A DNA stretch of 64,000 nt, from assembly GCA_051362555.1 (NCBI GenBank), contig CM120642.1, positions 8,432,001 through 8,496,000 of the forward strand, in the 5' to 3' direction. Shown one piece after another: positions 37,228-49,600 of this stretch. The notes beneath the pieces were generated by a model, which made no database searches, was not told the DNA's origin, and worked only from the letters and a program-made list of their open reading frames with translations. This DNA is from Lingula anatina. Taxonomy: Eukaryota; Animalia; Brachiopoda. Position 1 is the first letter of the stretch, and each line of letters starts with the position of its first letter. The translations under genes and the position numbers were made by a program.

Positions 37228-40200
37228 AAACAAAGAATATAAATTATTTTGTGCAATGTGTGGGTAAAATAGTTAATCGCTGATAACTTGAAAGCGTAAA
37301 AGTTAGTTTGCCTGTCTGAGAACAGCCACAAATCTAAAGTATATATATATATAACAAAGTTTACTCCACCTTTACGCACTGATTTTTTTTTAACAAAGGT
37401 CGACTTTCTTTTTAAATATACACAAAGGTGTGTGAACAATGTTAATAAAATCACAATTTTATGGGTAAGGTAATATAATTTATGTGTTTTGTTTGTAAAA
37501 CATCTTCAAAGAGGCCCTGCTGAGAATCCCGATAGCGGTACTTCTTGGGGGTCACAGGATGGCATTTTCTCAAAGGTCCGCTTGTCGTGAAAGAGTCAAA
37601 GAAAGGGAATGCTTCTCACTTACGTATGCAAGGAGGAAGTGTTTCCAAAAAGTTGCCCTTATCACAGGTTAGTACTTTCTTTTTCGTTCCATCTGGAAAT
37701 ATGTGGCCCCTTTTGCATTCTACTGTGGCGTTGTTGGAGAACGGATCGTAGTACGCGTAAGCTTGTGTTTGAACGCCATCTATTGGGCAACTATTGACTA
37801 GGCACTCTACATGAAATATGCAAAGGAAATGTGACCTTTAATTTAATTCATTTTTACATATCTAAAAAAAGGTACATGATAGACAAAACCTTAGAGCAAT
37901 GATTGCCTTCGACTGCTCAGGTATAGTAAAAATCGCTCAGTATATAAAGTTTTATTATCATGATAATTTTTACTTTTCATCGTTACTGATAATGCCAATT
38001 ATTTACTATATAAACTTGTTTTCACAACACAAAATATTTAAACACCTAGCCTTATGATCTACCCAATGTCACAGGTACCTGTATATAACAATAAAGTAAA
38101 CATCTTGTATCCACAGCAGACTTAAGACTTACACGCCCACCCCGACACGCACACCCACAATGAGGGACGCACGCAGGTATGCGCAAACACACCTAACACC
38201 AGCAGCGCCCTATTTTCCAATCACACTTTGATGGAGCGAGACCCAGTTTCTCCCACCTTTTGGTTCAGAGTAGCTGCTACTTCTCATACACACAAAATTA
38301 TGGCCCGTTTCCGGCCCGATGCAAGAATAGTTGCCGGCAACAAAGTCCTCCGTTCTTCTGTAGGGCTCTACGTATGCCGTCAGTGCCGAACAGCCTAACC
38401 TGGACGAAGTGAACGCGAGGGTAGGTCTCTCCATCAGGGTTGAATCCGACCAGACGGGGGCACTGCCGTTTTTACTGTAGGCGCCTAACCATACCCGCTT
38501 GTGGTATGAAAGTTTTATGGTCGAAGCTTCTCTGAAATCAATAATTCTTAACAAATAGAGAGGTAGTAGATACTAAGAAAAAAATATATATGTATTAGTG
38601 TTACTTATCTATACAAGGCAAACTGATTGTCTGTGTTCTATACGTGAAAATGGAAAGACCACACACACCGAAAATGAGTGTAACTTTTTTGTTTTTCATT
38701 ATTATGCAATAAGTTTAACACCCCATTTCCAAAGATTAGATCGACCTACTTTAGATCGACATAACTCCCTGGGGGTTCACGCTAAATAGCTGGACACGAA
38801 AGTTAATTACCCCCTTACAGCTTGTAGTAGGCGGGACGGACATTTAAGTCGGATTATCTGAAAGTAATCTAGTGAGACTCCCCGCGGGGATAGATCGATC
38901 TAAAATCTATGGGAATAGAGCCTAAGAGTCAGGAAAAGCTCTTTCCCTCAAGGATCTTTATATTTTTTTTCTAAATTCTATGTCGTGGATAGATATTAGA
39001 GTACACTTAATTTGTACCAGTAGTGAAGCGTGAAAATACCAAAAGGCCAGTAACACATTCACCGACTTTTCATTGAAACTTCATACAGAGTAAGAACGAC
39101 TTGTAGATCTTATTGACTTTAAATGTGTCCATTGTAGTCACGTTAGTAAACGCACATCAATTACCTGTCCTCTGAAAGATTGCAGTGAAAGGATGTCAAC
39201 CTTATTTGAAAATAAAACACGTCATTACAACAGATACAGACAAGCTTGTTCTAAAAGTGAAAACTAATCCATATAACCATTACCTGTTCAGTATCGTTCC
39301 CAACACGTGGTCATCCGTTGGATTTTTAGGCATGAACAGCCGTCCGCACATCTTGGCACACCGGTACACCGCCTGGTCCCAGCTTTCGGCCATAGACCGG
39401 GACACACACACCTCACCGTAGCCTGGCAACACCTCAAAGTTGGGACAGATACCTGAAATATAGACACTGAGCAAAAGTCTAAATGTCACGTGTGAATTAT
39501 AATGGGCTACGGAATCTCTTATCTGTATAGCTACGGACAGTACGGACAGTAATCTGTATAGTTACGGACAGTACGGACAGTAGGCTAATCTGTATAGCTA
39601 CGGACAGTACGGACAGTAATCTGTATAGCTACGGACAATACGGACAGTAATCTGTATAGCTACGGACAGTACGGACAATAATCTGTAGCACATTGAACAA
39701 CAAAATTCCCTTTTTAAGATTTAATATATAAATAACTCATAATGCTGATAATTTTTAAAAAGTATTGCGTTTACATTTTTTGTTCAGTGTGTAGTACAGT
39801 GTAAACATATAGGGGTACTATATAAATATTCATCGCATAATCTGCATCATCATATTTTACTCGAATTTGGAAACAATATCATAAGCTGGTTTGCAATTGA
39901 ACTTTTTAAATAAATGAATTGTAAAAACTACCTTTATCATTTTATTTAATTATGACACCCTTTCTAAAATAATCCCTGAATTAAAAGCCATCTATTATCC
40001 AGAAGCTAGTTAGAAAATAATTACATCACTTGATGACAAAAAAGTATAATCAAAAGTACAGTGTTTGACAAATAAACTGTCCTGTCGTCCACGATACATT
40101 TGTGCACAGTTGAATAGTTCGCTATGTATTTTCAAATAAACAAATAGGTTTTTATTTGTCAACCGCGGTTAATTTTTTCCGTGCCTAGAAATGAGACTAC

Positions 40201-40448
40201 TCGTTTAATCCCTTTTTTTAAATTTCATCTACTTAAATGAAAGGCAAAATATTGATTTAAATGGATGATCATGCAATTTCTGTCAAGTAAAAGACTTGTT
40301 AAAACTCCTCGAACGTTTCATTTGACGTTTTCTCTGAACATTCTCCGAATTTCAGGCTTTATTAATCACTTTAAATCAGTACCCTAAGGCGATATTTTTT
40401 CAGGCTTTATTAATCACTTTAAATCAGTCCATCCAGTAAATACGTACC

Positions 40449-40498
<50 letters not shown>

Positions 40499-40970
40499 AA
40501 AAACATCACAACAGTATCCCATAGTCATGTTTGGCTAATTTATCATTCTTTATATAGATGGCTGAATTTGATCAACGGAATGACGTGAGCGTTATCCCTT
40601 TCCCAACAGAACAATACAGTACGGAACATTACAACTCAGTTAGTAATATACTCGTCTTTTTTTTTTTTCATTTTAACTATTTATTTTGTCGTCTAACTTT
40701 CTTATAATAGGTACTGCCAAGATTAAAGTTTGATCCATTTTGCATATTAACGATGGATTTCTGATTCAGTAAAAAACGTGACCCACGACCGACATGGTAA
40801 TCACAGCTGTGAGATAAATAGCCGTTACGGTGTGTGGTTGTTTTTATGGCAAGTGTGGAAAGTAAAGTACAAAACCTAACGTTACCTCCCATCCCCGTGG
40901 CACACGTCGTCGCAGACAGGACGGCAAACGCCGCCACTGCAGTTATGATATTGAATCTGCTCATGTTCAT
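23629..40970 (-). CDS. Gene B1: paralogue of A (SP-CTL-Sushi-CTL-CTL-FBG-PPC-like-EB-EB-IgGFc-binding-acidic motifs-ZP-furin-TM), ~1928 aa
   Basis: Exons 5'->3': 40886-40970, 39284-39452, 38257-38531, 37624-37806, 37005-37133, 36441-36717, 35591-36063, 34488-34595, 33626-33906, 32513-32667, 31905-32059, 31086-31502, 30727-30861, 30044-30175, 29620-29733, 27953-29268, 27492-27579, 27053-27102, 26847-26871, 26381-26586, 25788-25942, 25486-25640, 25113-25200, 24590-24764, 24085-24283, 23629-23870. Total 5787 nt, in frame. Signal MNMSRFNIITAVAAFAVLSATTCATG, furin site RKRR, TM FLVACTGLVFVLLLVVSILLC. Confidence 0.85.
27953..29268 (-). CDS. Gene B1 IgGFc-binding domain exon
   Basis: ORF 27788..29458: DNMGKRF, GGYLALPVDVLGQEY, INSDRPIAVISG, DIVLEMMPP..AWG. 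Confidence 0.85.
31086..31502 (-). CDS. Gene B1 PPC-like exon
   Basis: GDTVYSF..IWISL..YD..LY..NDDGD..LNPEI..L.G.HTYYLTVS, homologous to A 8643-9056. Confidence 0.6.
34167..34381. mobile_element. ~210-bp MITE family copy
   Basis: TIRs GACTGCATTCCCACAGATTTAGAT / ATCTAAAATCTGTGGGAATGTAGTC with TAA/TTA flanks. Confidence 0.8.
34488..36717 (-). CDS. Gene B1 C-type lectin domains 2 and 3
   Basis: CTL2: CPDGW..CYKL..A..SC..GGHLVSI..E, FHIGL..WTDG..NC..W....C..FMCK. CTL3: CPAGY..SCYKL..WD.A..IC..DGG.LV, C..FVCE. Confidence 0.85.
36178..36232. repeat. (GT)n(GA)n compound microsatellite (counterpart at 56156-56229)
   Basis: Seen directly. Confidence 0.9.
37156..37225. repeat. (TA)n microsatellite (counterpart at 57152-57208)
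   Basis: Seen directly. Confidence 0.9.
38719..38922. mobile_element. Same MITE family, present only in B1
   Basis: TAA target duplication. Empty site at ~58781-58790 in B2. Confidence 0.85.
39520..39688. repeat. ~31-bp minisatellite, ~5 copies
   Basis: Unit AATCTGTATAGCTACGGACAGTACGGACAGT. Only ~2 copies at 59379-59450. Confidence 0.9.
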
Positions 40971-41628
40971 ACTCCTCCCGGTGGTCTCCGCAGTCTTAGT
41001 CAGCACCACTGTCTTCCCCAGCGCACGGGTTTCGTCTCACTGAGGGTAAAAGGCACGACGGTCTCATTTGACGACCACACTGTGAAGACTGGCATGTGTT
41101 GAAGTGACACCTGATCGACAATGACAATGTGACCAATGCCAGTCCAAGGAGAGATGACAAGATCTCCGTGGTTGACAGCCTTCAGAAATTCTCGGAAATT
41201 GGAAGGTCAAGTCCATGTCACTGTGACCTCCAAACAAATATATGAGCATAATAAGAAGATAAAAGAGCTTTTTTTTTTTGCTTAATTTATAAATTTTAGA
41301 GAGAGAGAGAGAGAGAGAGAGCATTGATTTTGGCACCTTTTATGATTTATCTGCAAGCTAGTGTCAAAAATATCGTATCCCGTTTTATGGTTTTCTTTTT
41401 CACCTTTTCCCCATTATATCACCTCTTGTATCCTATGATCGAATAAAGAAACTATACAATTATAAGGATTCCAAGTTTTCCATTTATTCCACCTTATCCG
41501 AGCCTAGAACACACGAAACTTGTCCGAGCTAATAGCCTCCTCTGTTCCTTATAGGGTCATTTTTTTTTTCAACAAAAAGACGTTTCTTTTTTCAGTTGAC
41601 TAACGTAGTCTACATATTGACAGACTAA

Positions 41629-41854
41629 GGGTGCTTTCCCAGAGATTTAGATCGATCTAAAGATTAAGATTTAGATCGACCTAACTCCCTGGGGTTTCCC
41701 GCTAAATTGCAGTCAGCCGAGCGGGCACCATAGTTAATTACCCCCTTACAGCTTTTAGTAGGCGGGACAGACGCTTAAGCCGGCCAAGCTGACAGTAATC
41801 TAGTGAGACTCCCCACATTGATAGATCGATCTAAAAATCTATGGAAATGGGGTG
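41629..41854. mobile_element. Same MITE family copy upstream of B1
   Basis: TAA on both sides, same internal sequence. Confidence 0.8.
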
Positions 41855-42732
41855 TAATACCCTAAGGCGATGTTTTTAGGCAAATGTTAAGATTTTCTTC
41901 CAGTGTTGAGTAACGTAGTCATTATAATTCGACAAAAAGACACTTCTTTTTTTCAGTTGAGTGACGTAGTCTTAGAGTCGCCAGATAAATACCTGAAGGC
42001 GATTTTTCCTGACCAATGTTAAGATTTATCAAAACAAAAATCTGGTACAGACTTGCTAACGACCCAGACAGTTGACACTACATTGCATACACGCTAAAAG
42101 CTGTCATTACTGTCCCAAAATTATGGTCCTCAAGTTAATAACATATGCTGAGATAACCATTTTATCATTTTATCATGTGAAGATGATATAAAAAAACGAT
42201 TTTTTTACCTGTTGCAGATACTGTAATGATCATCATATTAAATACTAAGTTAAAAAATAGTCCCTACATGTACGACCTTTTTGGTAAAGCAATAAAAGCC
42301 ATGCGCAATCGTGATCCTTTTTTTCTCTTGACACAACCTTGAAGAGGAAATGGCCTTAATACTGCCCGCTATCAATCATAAACAAGCAGGTGGAAGTATC
42401 ATCGCTGTGTGTGTGTGTGTGTTTTCAGTGTCAGAGAAAAGCACACTGTATTTTTAATATTCTCGTCTTTACAAATGGAAGGAGGACCTCAATTATCTTG
42501 AAAAAAATTACCCCCCCCCCCCCCCACTTCTTATGTACTACTCTGGATACACTATATGCAGTAATGGACATGCCTTAGAATAATATGTACGAAATAAAGA
42601 ACAACACTTAATTTTAAAGTTCGTCCTTAACATTTTAAGAAAAAGTCAATTCATATCTGTATATTTCCTTCAGTCCCTTAGCGAACCCTTCTTTTTCATC
42701 TAGGGCGATGTCCTGGAGCATGCCCTTACGCC

Positions 42733-42735
<3 letters not shown>

Positions 42736-42807
<72 letters not shown>
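42736..42807. repeat. (TA)n microsatellite at the junction of the two duplication units
   Basis: Homology between the units begins immediately after this run. Confidence 0.9.
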
Positions 42808-42810
<3 letters not shown>

Positions 42811-42985
42811 AAGGCAACATTTTGTTACATTGTTAAAACTGTTAAAATGATAAGGATATTATTATTAATTTCGAACAATACATTATTGATATTTTTGTTG
42901 CCTTCTTTCTTGTTGCGAAATGGACTATGAAAGTTTGTGGTACACTGGGATGGAAGAGAAATGAAACTGCTTTAAAAAGATCTTA

Positions 42986-43494
42986 AGCATCCCGCACACG
43001 GTGAGCAATTGGCGCGCGCCACTTGCGCTGCGCCAGATGCTCAGGCTTCAGTTCCCCGCAAACGCTGCGCTCTTTGCTCAGCAGAGGTGCCTCCCAGCCT
43101 GCCCCTATCGGACGCACCGTGAACTGTGGGATCATGTGATTTAGGAAACATTACATATTGATTTTTTTTTCTGAAAGTAATGGAAAATGGTGACCACGTT
43201 AATCAATCAGACTATCTTAAACTGTGTACATTTTTGTTGACTTCGCTGGGGGCTGCCATTTTTGTTTGTTTCCGGCTACTGGCACATGCACATTGTTGGC
43301 ATGACTTGAGCAATCGGCGCTTGCACACCGCACACGCTGAGCCATTTGCCTCAAGAGGCCAAAAATATCAAACACGTGAGATTTTTGCTCAGCTGCGCGA
43401 GAGGCAAAAATCTCACCAAAATACCCCCGCAAACGATGAGAAAACGGCGCAGCGCTAGTGGCACGCACCAATTGCTCACCGTGTGCGGGGTACT
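42986..43494. mobile_element. ~510-bp MITE in the B2 3' region, absent from B1
   Basis: About 49-bp imperfect TIRs AGCATCCCGCACACGGTGAGCAATTGG... / ...CCAATTGCTCACCGTGTGCGGGGTACT. Empty site near 23465-23480. Confidence 0.8.
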
Positions 43495-43649
43495 GCTTCA
43501 AACAGAGGATAACGAACAAAAAATTTATATAAATATCTTTATATCACATTGTTGTATAATTTACGACTGTTGATGGATCCAACAAACAAACATGTGATTC
43601 GTAGTATAGGCCTATTCGTTGCCAAACATCGGCTCATTCGAACATTTAA

Positions 43650-46600
43650 TCATTTATTTCCTGACAATACCAAATTCTTTTTAGATAAATTAACCAGCCT
43701 CGATCTAGAAGAATATGTCCTGCACAACAATATTGAAACAACCAACAAAAGAATGAAAACTAATCCAGTGCAAGCCGCAAGGAACATTAAATTGAAACTG
43801 TGTTCATTGCATTTTCCACTATCTTTGGCAGTGTCCGGTGAAAAGTGTGCCTTGTTGCCTTCATAATGGGACAGAATTTGCGACTTCCCTGCAATACAAA
43901 GAAATGAATCCAATTTGAAGAGCGAAAATGGCGAATTTTAAAACAGGCAAAACATACAAAAATATATTATAAATCTAGATAATCTTAACTCTGCAAGACA
44001 GGCATAATATGTCGCCCCCTCAAGTTTATTAACACCACACTTTAAACGTGCTTAAGTCATCAATTGGCACTTAAGTATCATGAGACAAACATAGTATTTA
44101 ACATTCCACATACGTTCTAAGTTTGATTCAGTATCTTCCTGTACACGCAAGACTGTGTTCACAGCCATCTCTATGAATTTCTTCGCTGCGGGATCGTCAT
44201 CCGGTGAAGCCTGTCTTTCCGGTAGGGATAAACTCAACGCGTCGTGTTCCCCATTACTGCGTCGTTTACGACTACGTGGCAGCTTGTCATGTCCCGGACC
44301 ATGGCAGTGATTCTAATATTTTGAAAACCCATTATATATTGTTTAGTTGTAATGATGTAATGCGTGTAATATGATGATATGGGTGATTGTGACATTTACT
44401 TATTTAAACAAGATCTTTAAGTTACAGCTGTTATTCACATTGTTACAGATGGCATTCTGTATATAGATACCAAGGCCAATAAAGAAACTGAACTGGTCTG
44501 TCTTTATTTGATTGATTTAAAGAAAAAAAAACAAAATATAACCAGAAGACAATTACCGTTGTGCAATAAGTTTCCTCCGAGTCCGCACATAATGCCACCA
44601 AGCATTGGAAGTAAACATCGGAATATCCAGTGAATTTGAAGGCATAGAAGGGGGCAGACACCGCTCTTGCTGAGGAATGTTCCAGCGGGGTAAATCCTTC
44701 CGTTTCAGCCAGATCTCTCCCCGTACCACATCTGAACATGTTTAATGGAAATTGGTATTGATTGTATAAATTGTTAAAATCATTAAAAATTGCTGTTTAG
44801 AAATTGTACTCATTTCAAACAGCATACTTCAGTACGTGTACTTAAAAGACAATTACATCCGCAGCGAGTTTTTTTCCAGATAGTTACCTTCTAAGGTATA
44901 CTACTCTTCTGATATGTATATTTTAAGTTGAAAGTGAGGTACTAATACTAGTCTGTATTAGGTCCTATTCACATATGACGATTACTTTTCATCTAAACTA
45001 TTTTGGCCTTATCTCTTACAAAGGAGTTTTTTCTTCTGGAGATCCATTGCCAATGGTCATATGGTCTAAATACTTACCCATCCTCTTTAGTCAGTACACG
45101 AGATGGGCTTGGGTTTCTGAGTGAGGGATATGCTGTGCAGTTGATTACACGGATTCCCTGAAAGGCTGAAAAGGTTTCACCTTCGTTATCATGCATCCAC
45201 GCAAATACTAAAAGATTCAAAAACCCGTTACTTCGTCCTCATAATTTATTTTTATATTTATTTGTGATTTCTCAAAACAAAAATTAAAGAATTAAGATGC
45301 GTCCGTTAGAAATGTAACAAAGTACAATGTAAAATTCATCTTTCGGTACATGTACTATATTGAACATAAAAAATCAAAACTATAATGGGGCATACAAAAG
45401 TGACGACGAATAATTCAAAAGGGCACTGAATGTTTAAAACTTGCCTGCGTGTCGACGTAATGAAGCCTGGAGGTGAACCTGGTCGCCCACACGAACTGTT
45501 GGCACCATTTCGTCCGCCATATTTTTTACGGAAAGAGTTACATGCGCACGTCCACTGTTGATTTCGCTTCCGGCTTGCCTGCTTTCTAGCGAGGGGCCAC
45601 TATAAAACCGTTGATATCAACTGTTTATCTCACTTGTATTGTTTCTTTTCTTTTCATTTTTCTTTATATACACTTTTACATTTTACATTTTCATTCATAT
45701 CACACACATACATTGCACTGTGTAGAAAAAACTACAAAAAAAACTTACTGCTCTACATTAACACTACTGCCGACTACCCTTGAGTGGTCTTCGGTCTGGA
45801 ATACACAGCACACCTTGTAGTGGTGGTCTCCTATGCTTATAGCTCCGGCCTCCACTTGTGCTACCACATTGATACAATGCACCAGGCTGTCTTCCTCCTT
45901 GTTCTGAGCGTGGAGGTGAGAGAAAGAGTAAAAGTTAAAGAAAGTAGAAATGAATGTGCCTTAACTTCTCTTAGGATACATGTAATACCTCATTCTACCT
46001 GTAGGTTTTTTTAAAACTAAAACCAATAATAATACATGTTTTGCTTAAACGATATTGCTGCCAAGTGTATTTTAGAAAAGGTTTAATATTCAATGTCTTT
46101 CTTGGATAACCATTATTATTATTTCAAATGCACCAACCAACTTTTGGTTGCAAATAAATATTATTGATATTATAGTATAATATACCACTAACGAGAAAGT
46201 AAATTCCCCCAAATACAAGGTATTATTGACTACGAATGTAACGGCATGATAATGATGAATGAAAGGGGAGTTGGTTAAATATGCAATACCTTGTTTAAAT
46301 ACATAATACATAACATGCATAACGATTTAACTTACAATCGCAATTCCACACCTATTCCTTTCAGCTGCGTCATCGAGCATGACGTCTCTCCGATACTCTG
46401 TGGCATAACTGTGGAGAAATGTGCATGCGCCAGCATCTTCTCCCTCGTTATACACGGCCGACACATTTGCCCACAGAATTCTAGCGTCATATGTCAGACT
46501 CATTATGTTACCAAATTTGCTTTTACTGCAAACAATTTCCCCTAAAGTATCGACAAATCTTGGTAAAATTATCAATTTAAAGTCAGAGTTATTCAAAAAT

Positions 46601-49600
46601 GCTTTATAAAAGAAATACACTGACATATCCAAATGTTCGACTAAGCCTATTACACTATTTAGCCAATATTTAAGTGCACATACATATCACTGACAATGGT
46701 ACACAAGGAACATTAACTTATTTTTAAATTTGGATTATAAACTGTGACAAGGGAATTGCAGAGTAAGTTAGGTAGCTGTGTTTTACTTACATGGGTCAAT
46801 GTGGTAATGCAATACCTGTTAAATAAGGATACACAATATATATATAAGAATATGATTTGTCAATAGTATTGACGATCTTCCTGTAGGATTGTTTTGATAT
46901 AATCTTAATCTAAGACTGCAGCAGACACAAATTATCACGAAATTCACTGCCTCTAGGGGATTTCACATTTTCATAAACTGTTATATCGTAAAACTTACTA
47001 CACGGTCTTCTGTTAGATCCTCATCGATTTCCCCATCGTTATCGTCGTCTAAAAAATATTCGAAAAGGATTCAGATACATGATAAAATAGCTAATTAGCA
47101 ATGGTTTTATTTCCGATAGATTACTTCTATATACATGTGTATATGGCAATTTATATTTACCCACAGTCAGTAATTCCCCTAATAATTTAAAGTATCCATC
47201 GTGACTTGGAGCTCCCTCTTAGAAATAAATACCTTTAGAATTATTATTTACAATCGTAGTCACATGGAAATATATTCAAAGTGCCTGACTCTTATTGCCT
47301 ATATGCTGCCATATTGTAATTTTTCTCCACTCATCTATCCCAGATAGGTCTGTTCGAGTACTCTCATATGTTCCATGGAACGCTTGCCAAATCCAAATTC
47401 GTGTTTTAATTTTTATACATCTTATGAATCACTTACCGATATGGTTGTAGACCTCCTCGTCAACAAGCCCGTCACAGTCGTTGTCAACTAAATCCCCAGC
47501 CACTGTGATACTTGGGTGACATGGCTGAAATAACGCGAACAAAACTGAATTTCTGTTTTACCAATCGTTGCAGTCACAGCAACCTCAAAACAAATGAGTT
47601 CATGTTGCAGTCAAACCAAAAACTATATTATAGATGCAATACGATTCAGCTAGGTGTTTGTAGCATTCACGAGTGGGTACCACACGTACATGCGTCATTC
47701 TGAGGCGTTATGTATGACGTTTACACAATGTCTCATTCATAAGATGTAAAAGGCATACCTGTATGCAAGATACATAACGTTAGAGCGCTGCGTTTTCGAC
47801 ATCCACTTTGTTGTAATTTATCTGCAAGTGTCATAATTGTAATAAGGTAACAAGGTACCTTTCTTATAACCCAAATAATGGAAACAGGTATACTTACATG
47901 CGTTATAGTATACAACGCCCCAGCAGGGAAAGCATGCCCGACGTTATCTCCATAACCATACACAGAGGCTAGAACTCCTTCCTGTGGCTGATCATTACTT
48001 ATATAATGTGTTCCTCTATCAACATTTGCGGTGGTTGCGTTCAGTTGTAGCATGGGCGTTCCAATAGACAGGTCTGAATTCCAATGCACTTGCCCTCCAT
48101 CCAACGTTAAAGTTTTGAGGCAATAGGAAATTGATATCATGCTGACGCCGTTTAAACGCGATCCAGCCGAGACAAAGGTGACGTTTTTGGGGGTCTGTTC
48201 AAATGGGGTTGCCACTGCAGTATCTAGCCCCCCTGTTGTTGTTCCATCTTGGAAGTGATGCCTGCAAGACGTATGGACACCAACCAGAATTGGGTCATGT
48301 TCCCGTGCGGTAATGGTCAGGAGAGACTGCGCATACGTTTCGTATGTTACATGCCTCTCGCGCGTTATTGATAAAGTTGGTTGATTATTCCCTTGTGCAA
48401 CGACGTAACTCTGTTCAGAGCGACTGGACAAAATCACCAAGGTCCAATTGTTGCTGTCCTCTGAATGCCTTGGTGATATGGTGTACATTCTTCCCCATGC
48501 TGACATCGGCGGCATCATCTCTAGGACGATATCTTTTGTGGAGCCAAACTGTTCTCTGGCACCGCTTATCACGGCAATGGGCCTGTCAGAATTGATGAAA
48601 GTTTGAGTTAAAGAGAACGCCTCACTGTGAATATGAAATGTTTCATACTTGGACAGCCTGATTTCCAACATACGGTGCCTTGTGAACTCGCTACCATTGT
48701 ATATTACGAAAACACCTTCTACCTTTGGCATGGCGATTCGAACCCTGGTGTCGCTTTCCACAGCAATGATGATGATTTCCGAATGCTGGGAATAATCATC
48801 ACTGTACCGTGAGTCAATGGAGCACAAGGCGACGTATTCTTGGCCTAATACATCAACTGGAAGGGCAAGGTATCCGCCGGAGAAACCGGGTCCTTCTGCG
48901 AGTCCAAATACTGCAATATCACGGGAACTTTCAACTAAGATGCTGTCTGTTGCAAAACCGGTCGCGTTCGACTTGAAAAGCGCTCTTGGCATGCTCACCG
49001 TAGTCTCTTTGCCTTTCTGGACACTGACTGATACTGGTGGATAGTCAGGATGCAATGGGGTGGACACTCGGACATCAGCAGGGGTGTCACTATAACTTGT
49101 CATCTTTAACATCAAACGCACATCTTTTTTATCGTCCGTGCAAGTGAAAGGCGACAGTAGTGCGTTTCCAAAGAATGACAGGACGAAGCGTTTACCCATG
49201 TTGTCTCTCTTCCCTGAAAGAGTGGCTGAACGGTAACGAGAATCGTGCTTTTGCCATGATAGAGGTATAAATTGTTTACGATATCTTTTATAACTAATAG
49301 TAACTAATATTGTAACCACTACAACTACTAGTATTTCACTTATGTACTTGATATAAGAAAAACTAATGCACCACGCGCGATTCATGTTAGACATCTTCGC
49401 CAACACGGACTTGTGAAGGCATGCACGCACACACGTCTACGCTTGCGCATGCACGTCTACGCTGCGCCACGCGTTCACAGCCACTCACACAACTGCCTCA
49501 CACATTATAACTGCTTGCGCGCGCGCGCGTGCGTGTGAATGTGCACTGCTGCATTATATTGTATTATATCACTGGTAATCGATCTAACCAACATCTTCAC

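Larger units (their letters stand above)
23300..42590. repeat. Tandem segmental duplication unit 1 (~19.4 kb)
   Basis: Collinear high-identity match to 42810-64000 in both exons and introns. Confidence 0.95.

Noticed and set aside
36959-37454. ORFs with YIYIYI runs (also 42635-42820 and 56956-57298)
   Set aside because: Translation artefacts of (TA)n microsatellites.
39165-39171. Apparent 7-nt micro-exon (CAG|AGGACAG|GT) in B1
   Set aside because: Inclusion would break the frame. The flanking exons join correctly without it.
39520-39688. Regularly spaced repeats resembling a CRISPR array
   Set aside because: No unique spacers and a eukaryotic context. It is a simple minisatellite.
42209-42302. 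Signal-peptide-like minus-strand exon with a phase-1 donor (MAFIALPKRSYM*GLFFNLVFNMMIITVSAT)
   Set aside because: It has an in-frame TAG in both copies, and a better signal exon exists at 40886-40970. At most a UTR exon.
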